Assembly (NCBI GenBank): GCA_049287525.1
Contig: JBAQFZ010000008.1
Location: forward strand, 23,541-87,540
DNA from: Halobacteriota archaeon
GTDB taxonomy: Archaea; Halobacteriota; Syntropharchaeia; Alkanophagales; Methanospirareceae
Direction of reading: 5' to 3'
DNA: 64,000 bases
In this document: positions 44,178-55,800 of the stretch, in pieces
How the letters are laid out: every line of letters begins with the position of its first letter
Position numbering within the stretch: position 1 is the stretch's first letter
Made by a program: the position numbers and the translations under genes
The notes under the pieces: model-generated
What the model saw: only the letters and a program-made list of their open reading frames with translations
Database searches by the model: none
What the model was told of the DNA's origin: nothing

Positions 44178-46688
44178 TCAAAACCAATGTCCTAATGTCT
44201 TTTGCCCGACATCATCAAAAGATGAGGCGTCATAACCGAAGAGTTGCAACACCCTATGTGCAACAGGTATTACCTGATGATATACATAATACGTGACGTC
44301 AAGCGAGTATTCGCGCCTCTCTGCGTATATTACGTTCCCCTCGCTCTTCTCTATGATGCCCACGGGGAAAGCACGGTCACTCGTCTTCCCCGCACCTTTT
44401 ATGATAACATAAGGTATTTTCGACCCCACTTCGTATGCAATGCGCAAGGGAGAAGCGAATGCACGCTCTGCCGCGATAACATGTGTCTGCTTTGTCTCAT
44501 AACCGCTTATCTTTCTGGTGAGTGTTTTGTAGATTATTAGCATATTTAACGGTATTTTACCACTCCTTAAGTCTCGTATGACGTTTTTAACATATTTAGA
44601 TGCTGCTTCAGGGTCTTTTTCTCTCAATATCAGGTCTATCACTTCCGTCTGCACCTCCTTCGCCAGTTCACACCAGTCCCCACGGCGCACTTCCAACCCA
44701 CGGACTACGATTTCACCTTTATCAGTAAGCGCGGCATACCGCTTCTTCTTACCGGTAAAGAAAATAGCTTTGAAGAAGTCCTGTATCTCCAGCTCAAGCG
44801 GGAACTCCTTCGAAATCTGTTCTGAAACTTCTCGCGCCTTCTCCCGTATCGTGCCTTGCCTATCGCCGGGTTCGTCATCGGGCAGCTTGGCGAAGACGCT
44901 ATCTGTATCGCCGTAAATGACTTCTAAGCCAAGCGCCTCCGCTACTTCCACCGTACGCTTTATAAAGTACCGCCCCCATGCCGTGGTCGCCTCAGCACAT
45001 TCTCGCTTGTAAAATTTCGCGGCACTCCACCCGGTATAGCCATAAAAGCTGTTCGTGAGGATCTTGATACTCTGCTGTTGTATATCCAACAACCGGTATT
45101 CTGGCATGTCTTTGGTATATCTCTTCATCTCGCTCTTTATCCTTCTCCTTCTCGTGATTAAATCAGTCATTATACTCTTAAAGAACCCATCCGGCGTCTT
45201 CCTGAATGCGTGCCCCACCTCCGGTGCGATATACAAATCATTGCTGGCTGCTTCTTCCCCAGGGACCACAAAAGTATCGGGCGAGACATTAAAGGAGATC
45301 ATAATGGTGGGATACATGGAGGAGAAGTCGAGCGCGATAACATCCTCATGCAGCCCCTTTACAGGCGGCAGTACGAACCCACCCTCGAACGATTTCGCAC
45401 CCCCGCCCTTCGGTGGTACCAGTTCCCCCCTTTTAAACGCCTCTAAGGTCAGAAAAGATTCTACCTGACGACCCCGGCCCATCTTCGCTAATTCGTCCAG
45501 GGGATAACCCACCATCCGGGAGAGTTCAATTTGCAGTGGTAACACCTTTTTCGCGATACCCAGCGTGCTAACTGCATCTGCTTTCGCATACGCGTATAGA
45601 CGCTCACGAGCGGCGTTATTAAGCCAGCATTCAGTAATCTCTCGCGGTGACAAATTCACCCGGGCGTCTTTTTTCATCACACCGAGAAATTCTGATACAT
45701 TCTCCAGCGTTTTCACCTTCACGCTGTCCAGGTCTCGCTTTGCCAGCTTAAACAGGTCAACGTTCAGCATGCCGGTGATATTTACACTCGGTAGCGCACC
45801 GACTTTATCGTATTGAACCTCACTGCCATCTGCACCCAGTTTCATGCGAATACCATGCAAATCTGCCCGTTCCTTTATGTACGCCCAGTCAAAACTGTCG
45901 GAATTATAGCCCACGATTATATCGGGTCTGAACTGCGTCACGAAGCCCAAAAAATCGGTTAATACCCGTCTGTCATCCCGGGCTCGATATTCTACCTCCG
46001 TCATCACAAATAACTCCGAGTTGACTTTGTTTTCCGTCTGGTATGCCACGGAAATGATGATTATAGGGTCCCTCTTTGGCGATGGCATACCCACCGAAGT
46101 TGACGCCATCTCACAATCGAATGCTGCGATTTTGAGCTCCGGCAACGCGCTCTCTACCTGCTTATTGTATCTTACGTTTGAAGCGAGAATAGCCGTATCG
46201 GCATAGTCCAATGCGAGTTCTTCTCCTTCTATGCGTATACCGTCACAGGGGCGCAGTTGCTGGTCTATCAAATATCGAATAGCAAACAGGATATCAGCTT
46301 CCAGCACGTTAAGACCCACTTTTATTACTGCCTCTCGCAACAGAGGCACGTGTCGTGGCTGCCATGCGAAGATCTTCAGTACCTCTCGCCTCATCCCGAG
46401 TAATTTCCGCTGACATATCTCCACCCGCTTTATTCTTATCTCGCCACTATCTTTATATATACTAATACTCTCAACCGCGGCTTTTTTCTCTTCCGCATCT
46501 CTATCATGAGCATAAAACCGTGAGTAATCGGGCATCGCATAGAAATATGGCTCGAAATGCCTGTCTAACACGACAAAATCCTCGCCTTCTTTGTCCTTGC
46601 ACCACAATCGAATCACGGGCTTTTCTTTTCCAGCCTCGTCTTTCTCCGTTACGTAGTCAATATCGAGTAAAAAACCCTCTTTAATCAT
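44178..46688 (-). CDS. polB: family B DNA polymerase
   Basis: 836 aa; exonuclease motifs; polymerase motif YGDTDS (IYGDTDSVFA); KxxxNSxYG region. Confidence 0.9.
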   Translation of the reverse strand: MIKEGFLLDIDYVTEKDEAGKEKPVIRLWCKDKEGEDFVVLDRHFEPYFYAMPDYSRFYAHDRDAEEKKAAVESISIYKDSGEIRIKRVEICQRKLLGMRREVLKIFAWQPRHVPLLREAVIKVGLNVLEADILFAIRYLIDQQLRPCDGIRIEGEELALDYADTAILASNVRYNKQVESALPELKIAAFDCEMASTSVGMPSPKRDPIIIISVAYQTENKVNSELFVMTEVEYRARDDRRVLTDFLGFVTQFRPDIIVGYNSDSFDWAYIKERADLHGIRMKLGADGSEVQYDKVGALPSVNITGMLNVDLFKLAKRDLDSVKVKTLENVSEFLGVMKKDARVNLSPREITECWLNNAARERLYAYAKADAVSTLGIAKKVLPLQIELSRMVGYPLDELAKMGRGRQVESFLTLEAFKRGELVPPKGGGAKSFEGGFVLPPVKGLHEDVIALDFSSMYPTIMISFNVSPDTFVVPGEEAASNDLYIAPEVGHAFRKTPDGFFKSIMTDLITRRRRIKSEMKRYTKDMPEYRLLDIQQQSIKILTNSFYGYTGWSAAKFYKRECAEATTAWGRYFIKRTVEVAEALGLEVIYGDTDSVFAKLPDDEPGDRQGTIREKAREVSEQISKEFPLELEIQDFFKAIFFTGKKKRYAALTDKGEIVVRGLEVRRGDWCELAKEVQTEVIDLILREKDPEAASKYVKNVIRDLRSGKIPLNMLIIYKTLTRKISGYETKQTHVIAAERAFASPLRIAYEVGSKIPYVIIKGAGKTSDRAFPVGIIEKSEGNVIYAERREYSLDVTYYVYHQVIPVAHRVLQLFGYDASSFDDVGQKTLGHWF

Positions 46689-46802
46689 TTCTGGTCAACT
46701 TCCTCTTCTCTTCTCTTCTCATTTCCTCATTATATCTCGCGTTAATTACATTTTTAAAGCGGGAGCAGTTAAATCATCACTAACTAATGCGAATCGGAAG
46801 AG

Positions 46803-47948
46803 ATGAAGAATATAATTGTGGGCGGAGGAAGAGCCGGGAAAGAATTAGCAGCACAGTTGCCAGGGTCCGTGATTATCGAAATAGACGCCAGTAAACGGGA
46901 TGAGCTTTCTGAATTAGCGGGTGTGCAGGTGATAATAGGAGATGGAAGTGATGAGGAGCTATTAAAGCACGTGGGTCTGGCTGATGCTAAGGTGTTTATC
47001 GCGCTCACGAACAGTGATGATTTAAACTACCGGGCTGCGGCTATTGCGAAGCGACATGGCGTTCCCCGGATAATGGTTCGTGTGGAAGACCCGGGGGATA
47101 GGGCACGGTTCAATGAACTGGGTATTGAGCACATTATAGTACCCCAAAAGATGGTTGCCAATCTCGTTGCTGACATGATGATGCACTCCGAGGAGCGAGG
47201 TAGGTCATTCAAGAAAATCCTGGTCCCTATTCTCAGTAAAGATACGGTGAATCGGGCGTTCAAAGAAGCGTTGTTGATCAGTTCCATTGCGATGGGGGGA
47301 ATAACAGCGGTTATGTCTGGCGATATAGATGGGAAAGAGATGGAAAACCTGGCGATGGAGATGGGTGTACCACTCAAGATATTCCCGGAAAAGGAAATAC
47401 AGAAGGGCATCATAAAGAAGCACCTGCGTAATCCCGGGTGTATCATATTAGACACAATAAAGGCGCACTTTTATTTCCCGGATTGTATAATAATAGACCA
47501 GGAAGAGCTTGGCTTCTTCGCTCGGTTGTTTGGACGGAGTATCGTATTGAAATTGATACGGGCTGCATCTCAGCCAGTTCTTGTAGCACGGACGTTTAGA
47601 TATTACGAGCAGGTGCTTACCCTTCTAGATGCTTCAGACACCGCAGAGCGAGTAGGACTGCATTCGGTTCAGATAGCGCATTTATGCGGTGCAGACATGA
47701 ATCTACTTGTTCTTGAGGATGTGCCTGAGGAGGTAATAGACGGGATACGGAATAACGGGAAAAGATGGAACGTACGCATTATTGAGAAGCGGGTAGAAGG
47801 GAATCCAATGATAGAAGCGGTAAAAGAGGTAAAAAGTGGTAATTACGAGCTTACTGTGCTTTCATGGAAAGGGTCGGGAGTTATTCGTGCGGACCTGATA
47901 AAGAAGATAGTAAATGATGCGCCCGGTTCTGTTCTAACGGTGGTATGA
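46803..47948 (+). CDS. TrkA-N (RCK) domain fused to UspA-like domains; regulatory partner of the downstream antiporter
   Basis: IIVGGGRAGKELA Rossmann motif; USP-like alpha/beta repeats; 4-nt ATGA overlap with the next gene. Confidence 0.55.
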   Translation: MKNIIVGGGRAGKELAAQLPGSVIIEIDASKRDELSELAGVQVIIGDGSDEELLKHVGLADAKVFIALTNSDDLNYRAAAIAKRHGVPRIMVRVEDPGDRARFNELGIEHIIVPQKMVANLVADMMMHSEERGRSFKKILVPILSKDTVNRAFKEALLISSIAMGGITAVMSGDIDGKEMENLAMEMGVPLKIFPEKEIQKGIIKKHLRNPGCIILDTIKAHFYFPDCIIIDQEELGFFARLFGRSIVLKLIRAASQPVLVARTFRYYEQVLTLLDASDTAERVGLHSVQIAHLCGADMNLLVLEDVPEEVIDGIRNNGKRWNVRIIEKRVEGNPMIEAVKEVKSGNYELTVLSWKGSGVIRADLIKKIVNDAPGSVLTVV

Positions 47949-49111
47949 TGCCGATGACTATAACCCTAAGCCCACATATACTCTTATTAACGATAGCGGT
48001 CTTCGCGTTCATTATCCCTATTCTTTCGGGTAGAATCGGTGTTCCCGCGGTGGTAGGCGAAATCATCTTCGGCCTCTTCCTGGGTACGCTGGGTTTATCA
48101 CTCGATACAGAAGGACTTATAGTTATAGACTTCCTTGCAGGCTTTGGACTGATATTTCTGATGTTCTTAGTAGGGCTGGAGATAGATTTCTCGAAGGTAG
48201 AGGTTTACGGTGTGAAACCATTTCTCATTGGCTTTTGTATCTTCATCATCACGCTTGGGCTCTCGATATTTATGACACTAAAACTGGGCTATGGGTTGTA
48301 TCTTGCGCTTATTCTCTCAACTTCTGCGGTTGGGCTGACAGTGCCAACGATAAGAGAATTAGGGATGTTAAAGAGCGATTTCGGACAGACAATCCTCATA
48401 GCAGCATTCATTGCGGATTTCGCCACGGTATTGCTCGTGACGTTGTACACACTGCATTTTGAAAAGGGGTTCACATGGGAGATGTCTTTGATTGTGCTCG
48501 TGTTCGGTCTCTTTTTTATGATATATTACGTGGGTAAGCACGTAATCTGGCATTATCCGGAGCGATTATCCGCATGGTTCAAGTCGAACCAGCCATCGGA
48601 GATAGGCGTAAGAGCCGCCTTCGCATTATTGCTCGTATTCGTTGCTCTATCAGAGATAGCAGATGTAGAAGCCATACTGGGTGCGTTTCTTGCCGGAGTG
48701 ATGCTTGCACTGTTGTTCCGTGGGGGGACAGTACTCGAGCAGAAATTGTATGGTATCGGGTATGGATTCCTGATACCGATTTTTTTTATAAACGTAGGAA
48801 TGCGGTTTGACGTAGGTGCATTGTATGAACGTGGAATTTATCTAATTATTGCTAAGATTCTTCTTATCGCACTCGTGGTGAAGATAGTGCCGTCACTGCT
48901 TTTGGTCTTTCGGCATTCGTTGCAGGATAGCATTTCCGCTGGCGTTCTGCTCTCTTCGAGATTGAGCTTGATAATCGCAATGGCTGCGGTTGGTGTAGAA
49001 CTGGGACTGATAGAACGGGGAATGGAATCGGCGATTATAGTGCTTGCGATAATAACGAGTATAAGTTGTCCGACGATGTTCAGGCGGATGCATCAAGTAG
49101 AATGTGCATAA
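47945..49111 (+). CDS. cation:proton antiporter (CPA1/CPA2, Na+/H+ exchanger family)
   Basis: 388 aa, about 11-12 TM; Na_H exchanger-like topology. Confidence 0.7.
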   Translation: MMPMTITLSPHILLLTIAVFAFIIPILSGRIGVPAVVGEIIFGLFLGTLGLSLDTEGLIVIDFLAGFGLIFLMFLVGLEIDFSKVEVYGVKPFLIGFCIFIITLGLSIFMTLKLGYGLYLALILSTSAVGLTVPTIRELGMLKSDFGQTILIAAFIADFATVLLVTLYTLHFEKGFTWEMSLIVLVFGLFFMIYYVGKHVIWHYPERLSAWFKSNQPSEIGVRAAFALLLVFVALSEIADVEAILGAFLAGVMLALLFRGGTVLEQKLYGIGYGFLIPIFFINVGMRFDVGALYERGIYLIIAKILLIALVVKIVPSLLLVFRHSLQDSISAGVLLSSRLSLIIAMAAVGVELGLIERGMESAIIVLAIITSISCPTMFRRMHQVECA

Positions 49112-49117
49112 TATAAT

Positions 49118-49140
49118 AAAGCTCGCGTTTTTTTTTTATG
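49118..49140. terminator. bidirectional oligo-T terminator between convergent genes
   Basis: gctcgcgtttttttttt (a T10 run) lies between the antiporter stop and the hisA stop. Confidence 0.4.
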
Positions 49141-49162
49141 GAACTGGTTGAACTCAGGAAGT

Positions 49163-49921
49163 TTATAGACGCTCAGGTATTCCAATACCAACTACACCAA
49201 TCACGTGCTTGAAGTTTATTTTACCGGTATACAATGCGCTACCTAACACTACCCCGCTTGCCCCCACCTCTTTTATCCACATCACATCTTCTACACTACT
49301 TACACCACCTGCTATTACCACAGGAACGTTGGCAGCCCCCACGAACTCCTCTATAATACCTTTATCTATACCTTTCATCAACCCTTCCACATCTATGTTC
49401 GTGAATAGCAGACTGCCAGCACCCAGCTCTTCTGCTTTCTTCACCACATCCTTCGCCTCCAGTCCTGTTACTTCTCGCCATCCATCTATCGCCACTTTAC
49501 CCGCTCTTGCGTCCAGTGCGACCATCACTCGTTCAGAGGAGAACTCATCTGCTATCTGTTCTATAAGCTGTGGTGATTTCAATGCAGCAGTGCCAAATAT
49601 TATTCGATTCACGCCTATTTTAAGGAGCATAACTGCTGCTTTGTAAGACCGGATTCCGCCACCCACCTGAGTTCTTGCATTGCTCTTTACACCTTCTGAT
49701 TCAGTTATCGCTTTAATCAAGCCGAAATTACGCTGCTCTTCCATGAACGCGCCATCCAGGTCTATTATATGCAATCGTTTCGCACCCTGCACAACCCATT
49801 CTCTCGCGATTCCCACCGGGTTATCAGCCGAGAATATTACCGCCCCCTTCTTACCCTGCTGCAATTGGACACAGCTGCCTCCTTTCAAATCTACTGCCGG
49901 AATTACCTCAAATTCTTCCAT
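49163..49921 (-). CDS. hisA: ProFAR isomerase (1-(5-phosphoribosyl)-5-[(5-phosphoribosylamino)methylideneamino]imidazole-4-carboxamide isomerase)
   Basis: MEEFEVIPAVDLKGGSCVQL is the HisA N-terminus. The track's 14-codon N-terminal extension is rejected. Confidence 0.8.
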   Translation of the reverse strand: MEEFEVIPAVDLKGGSCVQLQQGKKGAVIFSADNPVGIAREWVVQGAKRLHIIDLDGAFMEEQRNFGLIKAITESEGVKSNARTQVGGGIRSYKAAVMLLKIGVNRIIFGTAALKSPQLIEQIADEFSSERVMVALDARAGKVAIDGWREVTGLEAKDVVKKAEELGAGSLLFTNIDVEGLMKGIDKGIIEEFVGAANVPVVIAGGVSSVEDVMWIKEVGASGVVLGSALYTGKINFKHVIGVVGIGIPERL

Positions 49922-50013
49922 GATAGTTGTGGGTACGTTCGAGTATATAAAAACGTATAGCAAAAGAGAAAGAAAGTGTCTTTTTATGAGGTGGTTTTAT
50001 ATCTATCGGATGG

Positions 50014-51042
50014 ATGGAGATGAAGATGAAGGAAGAGCAGATTCAGGAGGAAGTGCGGTATTTCAACTGCCAGCTATCAGAGCTGATCGAGCAAAAAATG
50101 CGGTGCGAATCCAATAAAATCTTATTTGATGCACTGAATTATATAAGAGAGACCGGGGGGAAGCGGCTTCGTCCTATTATCTGTCTTCTATCGGCGGAAG
50201 CGGTTGGCGGCTCACGGGATAAGGCTTTATCCACCGCAATAGCGATTGAACTACTCCATAACGCTACTCTTGTTCATGATGACATAATAGACGAGAATTA
50301 CGTACGCCGTAAGAAACCCTCGAATCCCATGAGATATGGCGAAAAGCGGGCAATAGTCATAGGTGACCTCTTGCTCGGGCTTTCTTGCGAGATGCTGGGA
50401 AGATGCGGCGAGCCGGAAGTCATAAGATTGGTCACCCGTGCTATCTCTGATATCGCTATGGGGCAGTATCTGGAGTTCACGTTGAGGTTACAGGACTTAC
50501 AGGAAGCGACAGAGCATTTATACATGGAGATAGCGGAGTTAAAAACTGCATCTGCATTTATGGCGAGTGCCGAAGCGGGAGCGATGCTCGGTTGTGGCAG
50601 CGAGCTGGAAAGTGAGAAACTACGTAATTATGGTAAAAATATGGGCATGGCATACCAGATTCAAGATGATGTCTTAGACATCTGCGGTGACCCTACGATG
50701 ACCGGTAAAACCGTAGGTCTGGACATTAAAAACGGAGAAAGAACGATTCTTGTAATCCACGCATTGAGTCATTCAAACCCATCAGAGCGGGCGTATATAG
50801 AAGAAATCATGACGAGGAAGGGGGATGTGGGCAGTTCCGAGATTGCCCGAGTCAGAGAGATTTTCATAACATCGCGTTCAATTCACTATGCCATTACGCT
50901 ATCCAATGGACTTGTAAAGGGCGCGAAAAATAGTATAGAAGGGCTCGAAGATTCGGAAGCAAGGAGAAAACTACTGTTCATTGCGGATTTGGCTGCGAGG
51001 AGAATAGAAGAGCAAGCAATGGATACATTTATACGTCAATGA
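50014..51042 (+). CDS. idsA: polyprenyl (geranylgeranyl) diphosphate synthase
   Basis: First DDxxD in LVHDDIIDE and second in QIQDDVLD. Confidence 0.85.
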   Translation: MEMKMKEEQIQEEVRYFNCQLSELIEQKMRCESNKILFDALNYIRETGGKRLRPIICLLSAEAVGGSRDKALSTAIAIELLHNATLVHDDIIDENYVRRKKPSNPMRYGEKRAIVIGDLLLGLSCEMLGRCGEPEVIRLVTRAISDIAMGQYLEFTLRLQDLQEATEHLYMEIAELKTASAFMASAEAGAMLGCGSELESEKLRNYGKNMGMAYQIQDDVLDICGDPTMTGKTVGLDIKNGERTILVIHALSHSNPSERAYIEEIMTRKGDVGSSEIARVREIFITSRSIHYAITLSNGLVKGAKNSIEGLEDSEARRKLLFIADLAARRIEEQAMDTFIRQ

Positions 51043-51051
51043 AGAGATGTT

Positions 51052-51777
51052 TTACTTTGACCTCATCTTCTCGGTCATCCTTTCAAATTGCTCAGACGGT
51101 TCCGCCCTCCCTGCTGTACTGAACTCAACCGCCTCTGCAATACCTCTTAGCCGCTCCCACGGAATTGATGCGACCATAATATCAGGGTCCCACCGTTCCA
51201 GCCTCCTTGCGCTTATGTCCCCAACCGAGAGGTTGAAGTTCCCTGATACAAGAGGATAGGTGATCATGCTCCAGCAGAGCGAGCCTCTCATCTCGATAGA
51301 TGGGGTTTTTCCATCCCAGAATTGATTTAAGGTAATGAGCCTTGATGCCTGCTCGGCGTTTATAAGCATGAGGATAAGGTCAGGATGAAATATTCCGGTC
51401 ATAGCAGGATAAAGAAATATCTTCTTTGAAAGACCATAGGGTGGTCTTGCAATCTTCTCAACCTCTACACTCGACCTTATCGCGGTTTTAACGTCATACC
51501 AGAGCTTTTCTCCTTCAACAAGCATCTTCCATGGTATTTCCCTCTTCTGGGTGAGACCAAGATGCGTCTTTCCTCCGTGACAGGCACAGCTCTCCTCTGT
51601 AAGCAGTATGACTTTCCCCTCAGAAGCCGCCAGTATCGCACCACACACGGTATAGCTCTCTATTTCAATCTCAACTCCCGGGTCTTCGTCGGCGTATTTT
51701 ACCCCAACTGGCTCTTTTTCTATGTCTAAAGTCTCTACAATAGTTTTAACGTGTTTGATATATTCTTCCTCTTCCAT
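51052..51777 (-). CDS. conserved archaeal protein, DUF169/COG2043-like
   Basis: 241 aa; cysteine pair CACHGG; length and composition typical of DUF169. Confidence 0.4.
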   Translation of the reverse strand: MEEEEYIKHVKTIVETLDIEKEPVGVKYADEDPGVEIEIESYTVCGAILAASEGKVILLTEESCACHGGKTHLGLTQKREIPWKMLVEGEKLWYDVKTAIRSSVEVEKIARPPYGLSKKIFLYPAMTGIFHPDLILMLINAEQASRLITLNQFWDGKTPSIEMRGSLCWSMITYPLVSGNFNLSVGDISARRLERWDPDIMVASIPWERLRGIAEAVEFSTAGRAEPSEQFERMTEKMRSK

Positions 51778-52352
51778 CTACACCGCCTCCTTCAATCGCA
51801 TATTTCGAAATATTCAGGAACCAATATCCATCTTTCAATATCTTTTCGCTATTGACTATTCTTATCCGGTTTTTGAACCCAGGTCCATCAATAACAAATG
51901 TGTGGTATTCACCAAATTCACCACAGTAATCGAGTCCTTTATGAGAACTACGTAAATCGCTTACAAATTCGTTATCTATCTTTCGTCCAAGCCACTCTTT
52001 GTCAAATAAATCTGCTTTAGCACTCACTACAATCGCCTCAAATCCTGCACCTATAAAGTCTGTTATGATTTGCTCGGAATCGCAGTTCCAAAATTACTTT
52101 TTTAAATTCTTGCTCATACGATATAAAATCTCTTTGAAGAATTGGAATTCCAATCGCTTGTGATTGCGCAGAGAGCAGTTCAGGATTTAGTTCATGAGAC
52201 CCGCTTCTCTTCATATCTCTAAAACTCAAGAGATAGGAGACATCATACCCTTCTGAAATTGCTTTATAACATGCAAAACAACCATCTTTTCCTCCAGTCC
52301 AGGAGACAACAAGCTTGTTGTTAATTTTATCTAAAGTACTACCAGTTTTCAT
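51746..52352 (-). pseudogene. PP-loop ATP pyrophosphatase (MJ0570 / diphthine-ammonia ligase-like), split by frameshift
   Basis: ORF 52038..52352 has the PP-loop SWTGGKDG. ORF 51746..52027 carries the family C-terminal part GEYHTFVIDGPGF in another frame. Confidence 0.5.
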
Positions 52353-52449
52353 TTCCCGTACCTAATATTATACAGAGTCTGCACCCATATAAATTTAGGT
52401 TTTTGTTTAGTACCCAATGCTTGCATAATCAACCTCCTTTTTTCTGATG

Positions 52450-52812
52450 TCACGCTAATCTAATAGCGGGAATCCAATCGCTATATCTTCTCCCGTTTGC
52501 ATCCACAAACTCCGTGCAGGTTATGAATCCCGTGGAAGTTGAATGATTACCGGTATGATGAATCTGCGGATAAGAACCTGTTTCTATGACGTAGGTGTAT
52601 TCATTGTTTTTATACAGCGTGACAGAAGGAGTAATTGTTATGTTATGCCAGTCGCTCGAATAGCCGTTCCCGGTGCCACTTGCTATCAAGTCGCCATTTT
52701 CATATATCTTGATAGACTCGGTGTGCCCACCAGTGCCTGCACATGGATAGGTGTACACCCTGCTAAATCTGATGTCGTAAGACGGTATGATTTTGCCGTC
52801 GTGCTTGCCCAT
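52450..52812 (-). other. detached C-terminal domain ORF of surface-protein paralog A
   Basis: MGKHDGKIIPSYDIRFSRVYTYPCAGTGGHTESIKIYENGDLIASG... is about 85% identical to the last 120 aa of the intact paralog at 56371..59433. Confidence 0.55.
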
Positions 52813-52884
52813 GATGCTTGGATATGGGTTAGGTGGCGAACCTGTGTCAAATATTTTCTCTTCCGGGGGTTTAATGTAATTATT

Positions 52885-55800
52885 TCAGGATTCCATCAGT
52901 GGATAATAATCTTTATCGGGATCTATGATGTATGGATTATCCCAAATACCATCATTATTGGCATCCGTGGAAGTGAAATTATGCCAGTAGTTGCCGAGAT
53001 AGTTTGTGTAAGTACTACCCATGTAAGTGTAGTTTATTTTTTCGGGTGAGTTCCAGATGTTTGTTGATTTGTAGGAATAAACATTTTCGGTGTTGTTTAT
53101 GAAATTGTTGAGATATATTTTGTTGCTGTTTGAATACCAGATGGAGATGCCGTAATGGTTGTTTGAGGAGCAATTGTTATTTGAAATGCTATTGTTGTTA
53201 GAATCCAAGAAGAGGTAGATGCCATTCCGGTTGTTTGAGCAGTCGTTGCTCGATATGCTATTGTTGTTAGAATCTGAGAGGTAGATGCCATCTGAGTTGT
53301 GTGAGCAGTTATTGTTCTTTATGGTAATGTAGGAGGAGTAAGCGGTTTGTATGCCGATACTTGCATTATTTAAGTTCTGATTTTCAACTAAAATGTTTTT
53401 GCAATTAATGAGTATGACCTGACCTGCACCATCAGGAATTATTCCTCCTTCGATGCCCCTCCAGTAATAAACTGGTTTCCCATTCACTGTGTTGCTTTTG
53501 TCTATCTCATGCTCGTAATGGGTTGGTAAATAACCCCGAATAACTATTCCGTTCCCCAGCATGATATTACCTGTTAATTTGTTGGTGCTTGAATACGAGA
53601 GGTAGATGCCATTCCCGCTATTATTTTCTGCCGTGTTATTTGCTATTGTGCTCCCGCTTGATGACAAAAGTCTAATACCCTGGTAATGGTTAGAGTTTGC
53701 TATGTTATTGCAAATCTCATTACTGGTTGATAAGTTTAGAGAGATCCCGTGGTAGTCATTGTTTGAGGCGTCATTATCGTTTATCCTGTTGTTGTTTGAC
53801 TTCTTAAGGAGGTAGATGCCATCGACTCTGTTGTTCTTAGCCGTGTTGTTTTCGATGCTATTATTATTAGACGACCATAATAGAATGCCACTTTCATTAT
53901 TTGAATTGACAACGTTGCCTGTAATTGCATTGCGATTACTGGATTCGCGCAATCGAATTCCATCAAATTTGTTGTTATTTGCTGTGTTGTTTTCGATGCT
54001 ATTATTGTTAGATGACCATAATAGAATGCTGCCACCACCCGAGATGTTTGAGCAATTGTTGCTCGATATGCTGTTGTTGTTAGAATATGAGAAATAGATG
54101 CCATAGTTTTCGTTGTCCCCGGCAGTATTGTTTGTAACATTGTTATTATTACTAGATTCGTGTAACCAGATGCCATGTTTATTATCAGAGGCTAAGTTTT
54201 CTATTAAAGTGTTATTGTTAGATGCCCACAATAGAATGCCACTTTCATTATTTGCGTTGACTACGTTGCCTTTAATTGTATTGTGATTACTGGTTTCGCG
54301 CAATCGAATTCCATCAAATTTGTTGTTATTTGCTGTGTTGTTTTCGATGCTATTATTGTTAGATGACCATAATAGAATGCTGCCACCACCCGAGGTGTTT
54401 GAGCAATTGTTGCTCGATATGCTGTTGTTGTTAGAATATGAGAAATAGATGCCATCGTTTTCGTTGTCCCCGGCAGTATTGTTTGTAATATTGTTATTAA
54501 TAGATTTGTATAACCAGATGCCATATTTATTATCAGAGGCTAAGTTATCTATTAAAGTGTTATTGTTAGATGACCACAATAGAATGCCACTTTCATTATT
54601 TTGCATTACGACATTATTAGTTATCCAGGAGTTATTGGATTTGTAGAGGTATATTCCATAAAGACCATTTTGAACTGTTAGCCCAGAAATTGAAGTGTTA
54701 TCCACAGTAATAAATATACATGATTGAGCAGTATTGGCTGCTTGTATTATAGAATCCCCATTTGGGGCATAGATTGTTAGAGGTTTATTTATTACCAGGT
54801 TCTCATTATAAGTTCCAGGATAAACTTCTATTGTGTCGCCGGGCATAGCAGCTTCCACTGCCTCTTGTATAGTTAGATATTCTTCGGGAACACAGATCTT
54901 TTTTGGGACGTGTGTCTTTAATTTGATAAGAGTGAGATTGCTTGCCGTATCATCTTCAGGCCATAATAGTGGATGCTGTGGATTCGGGTAGAAGTTTTCT
55001 GAATATTCAACTATTTTTGGAAAAGAGTAATCACTTAATTCTCGAATGGAGATTCTACTATCACCATCAAGGTCTGCAGCTCCCCACAATCCCTGTACAA
55101 TATAATAAGTAAATACGCCATTTTTCAATGCACTTGCCCATATTCCTGTTTCATTCATTCTGCTGGATGCTAATACCATACAATTGGCTTTTTCAAGGTC
55201 CATAGCGAATCCATCGAGTTCATACGTATTATACGTTTCTGTTGCCTCGCTTATTTGATATGGAGTGAGAACCCCTCCACTATAACATGCACTTAAAATT
55301 GCTACTGCTTTCTTTGCTTTCACCTCACCAATCCATTCTTCAAGTTCGTCATCTATTATCTCAGCGTCAAAAACTCTTAGTGACTCGTCAATACCATCAG
55401 CCTCGTCGCCATTATGATCAAGTGTATCATTATCTCCATGTCCGGAGAAAAAGAATAGACAGGTATCCTCCGTACCAGCGTTATTAGCCATCCACTGTAT
55501 CGCATTCCTGATGTTTGCCTTTGTTGCACTTTCATTAACTAAAAATCGGATATGGCTCGCCTCCCAATTATCTGATGCTCGAGTGAGAACATTGTATATA
55601 TCATGTGCATCCTGATACGCGTATACAGATGTAGCTCCAACTATAACAGCCCAATATTCCTCTGCTGGAGTGACAGTAGCTTCTTCGAATGTTATGCCGG
55701 TATAATTAGCATTTAAGGAGATGCCCTCGCCCTCAATTTCCCCACAGACCGACCCGTTGAAAAACAATCCAAGCATAAGCATCAGTCCTATAACGAAAAT

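Noticed and set aside
53097-54646. Multiple short ORFs on both strands within the beta-helix genes (e.g. 53781..54176, 53816..54097, 54261..54524)
   Set aside because: They are produced by the highly repetitive Asn-codon-rich sequence of the PbH1 repeats. They are nested in or antisense to the large reading frames and are not independent genes.
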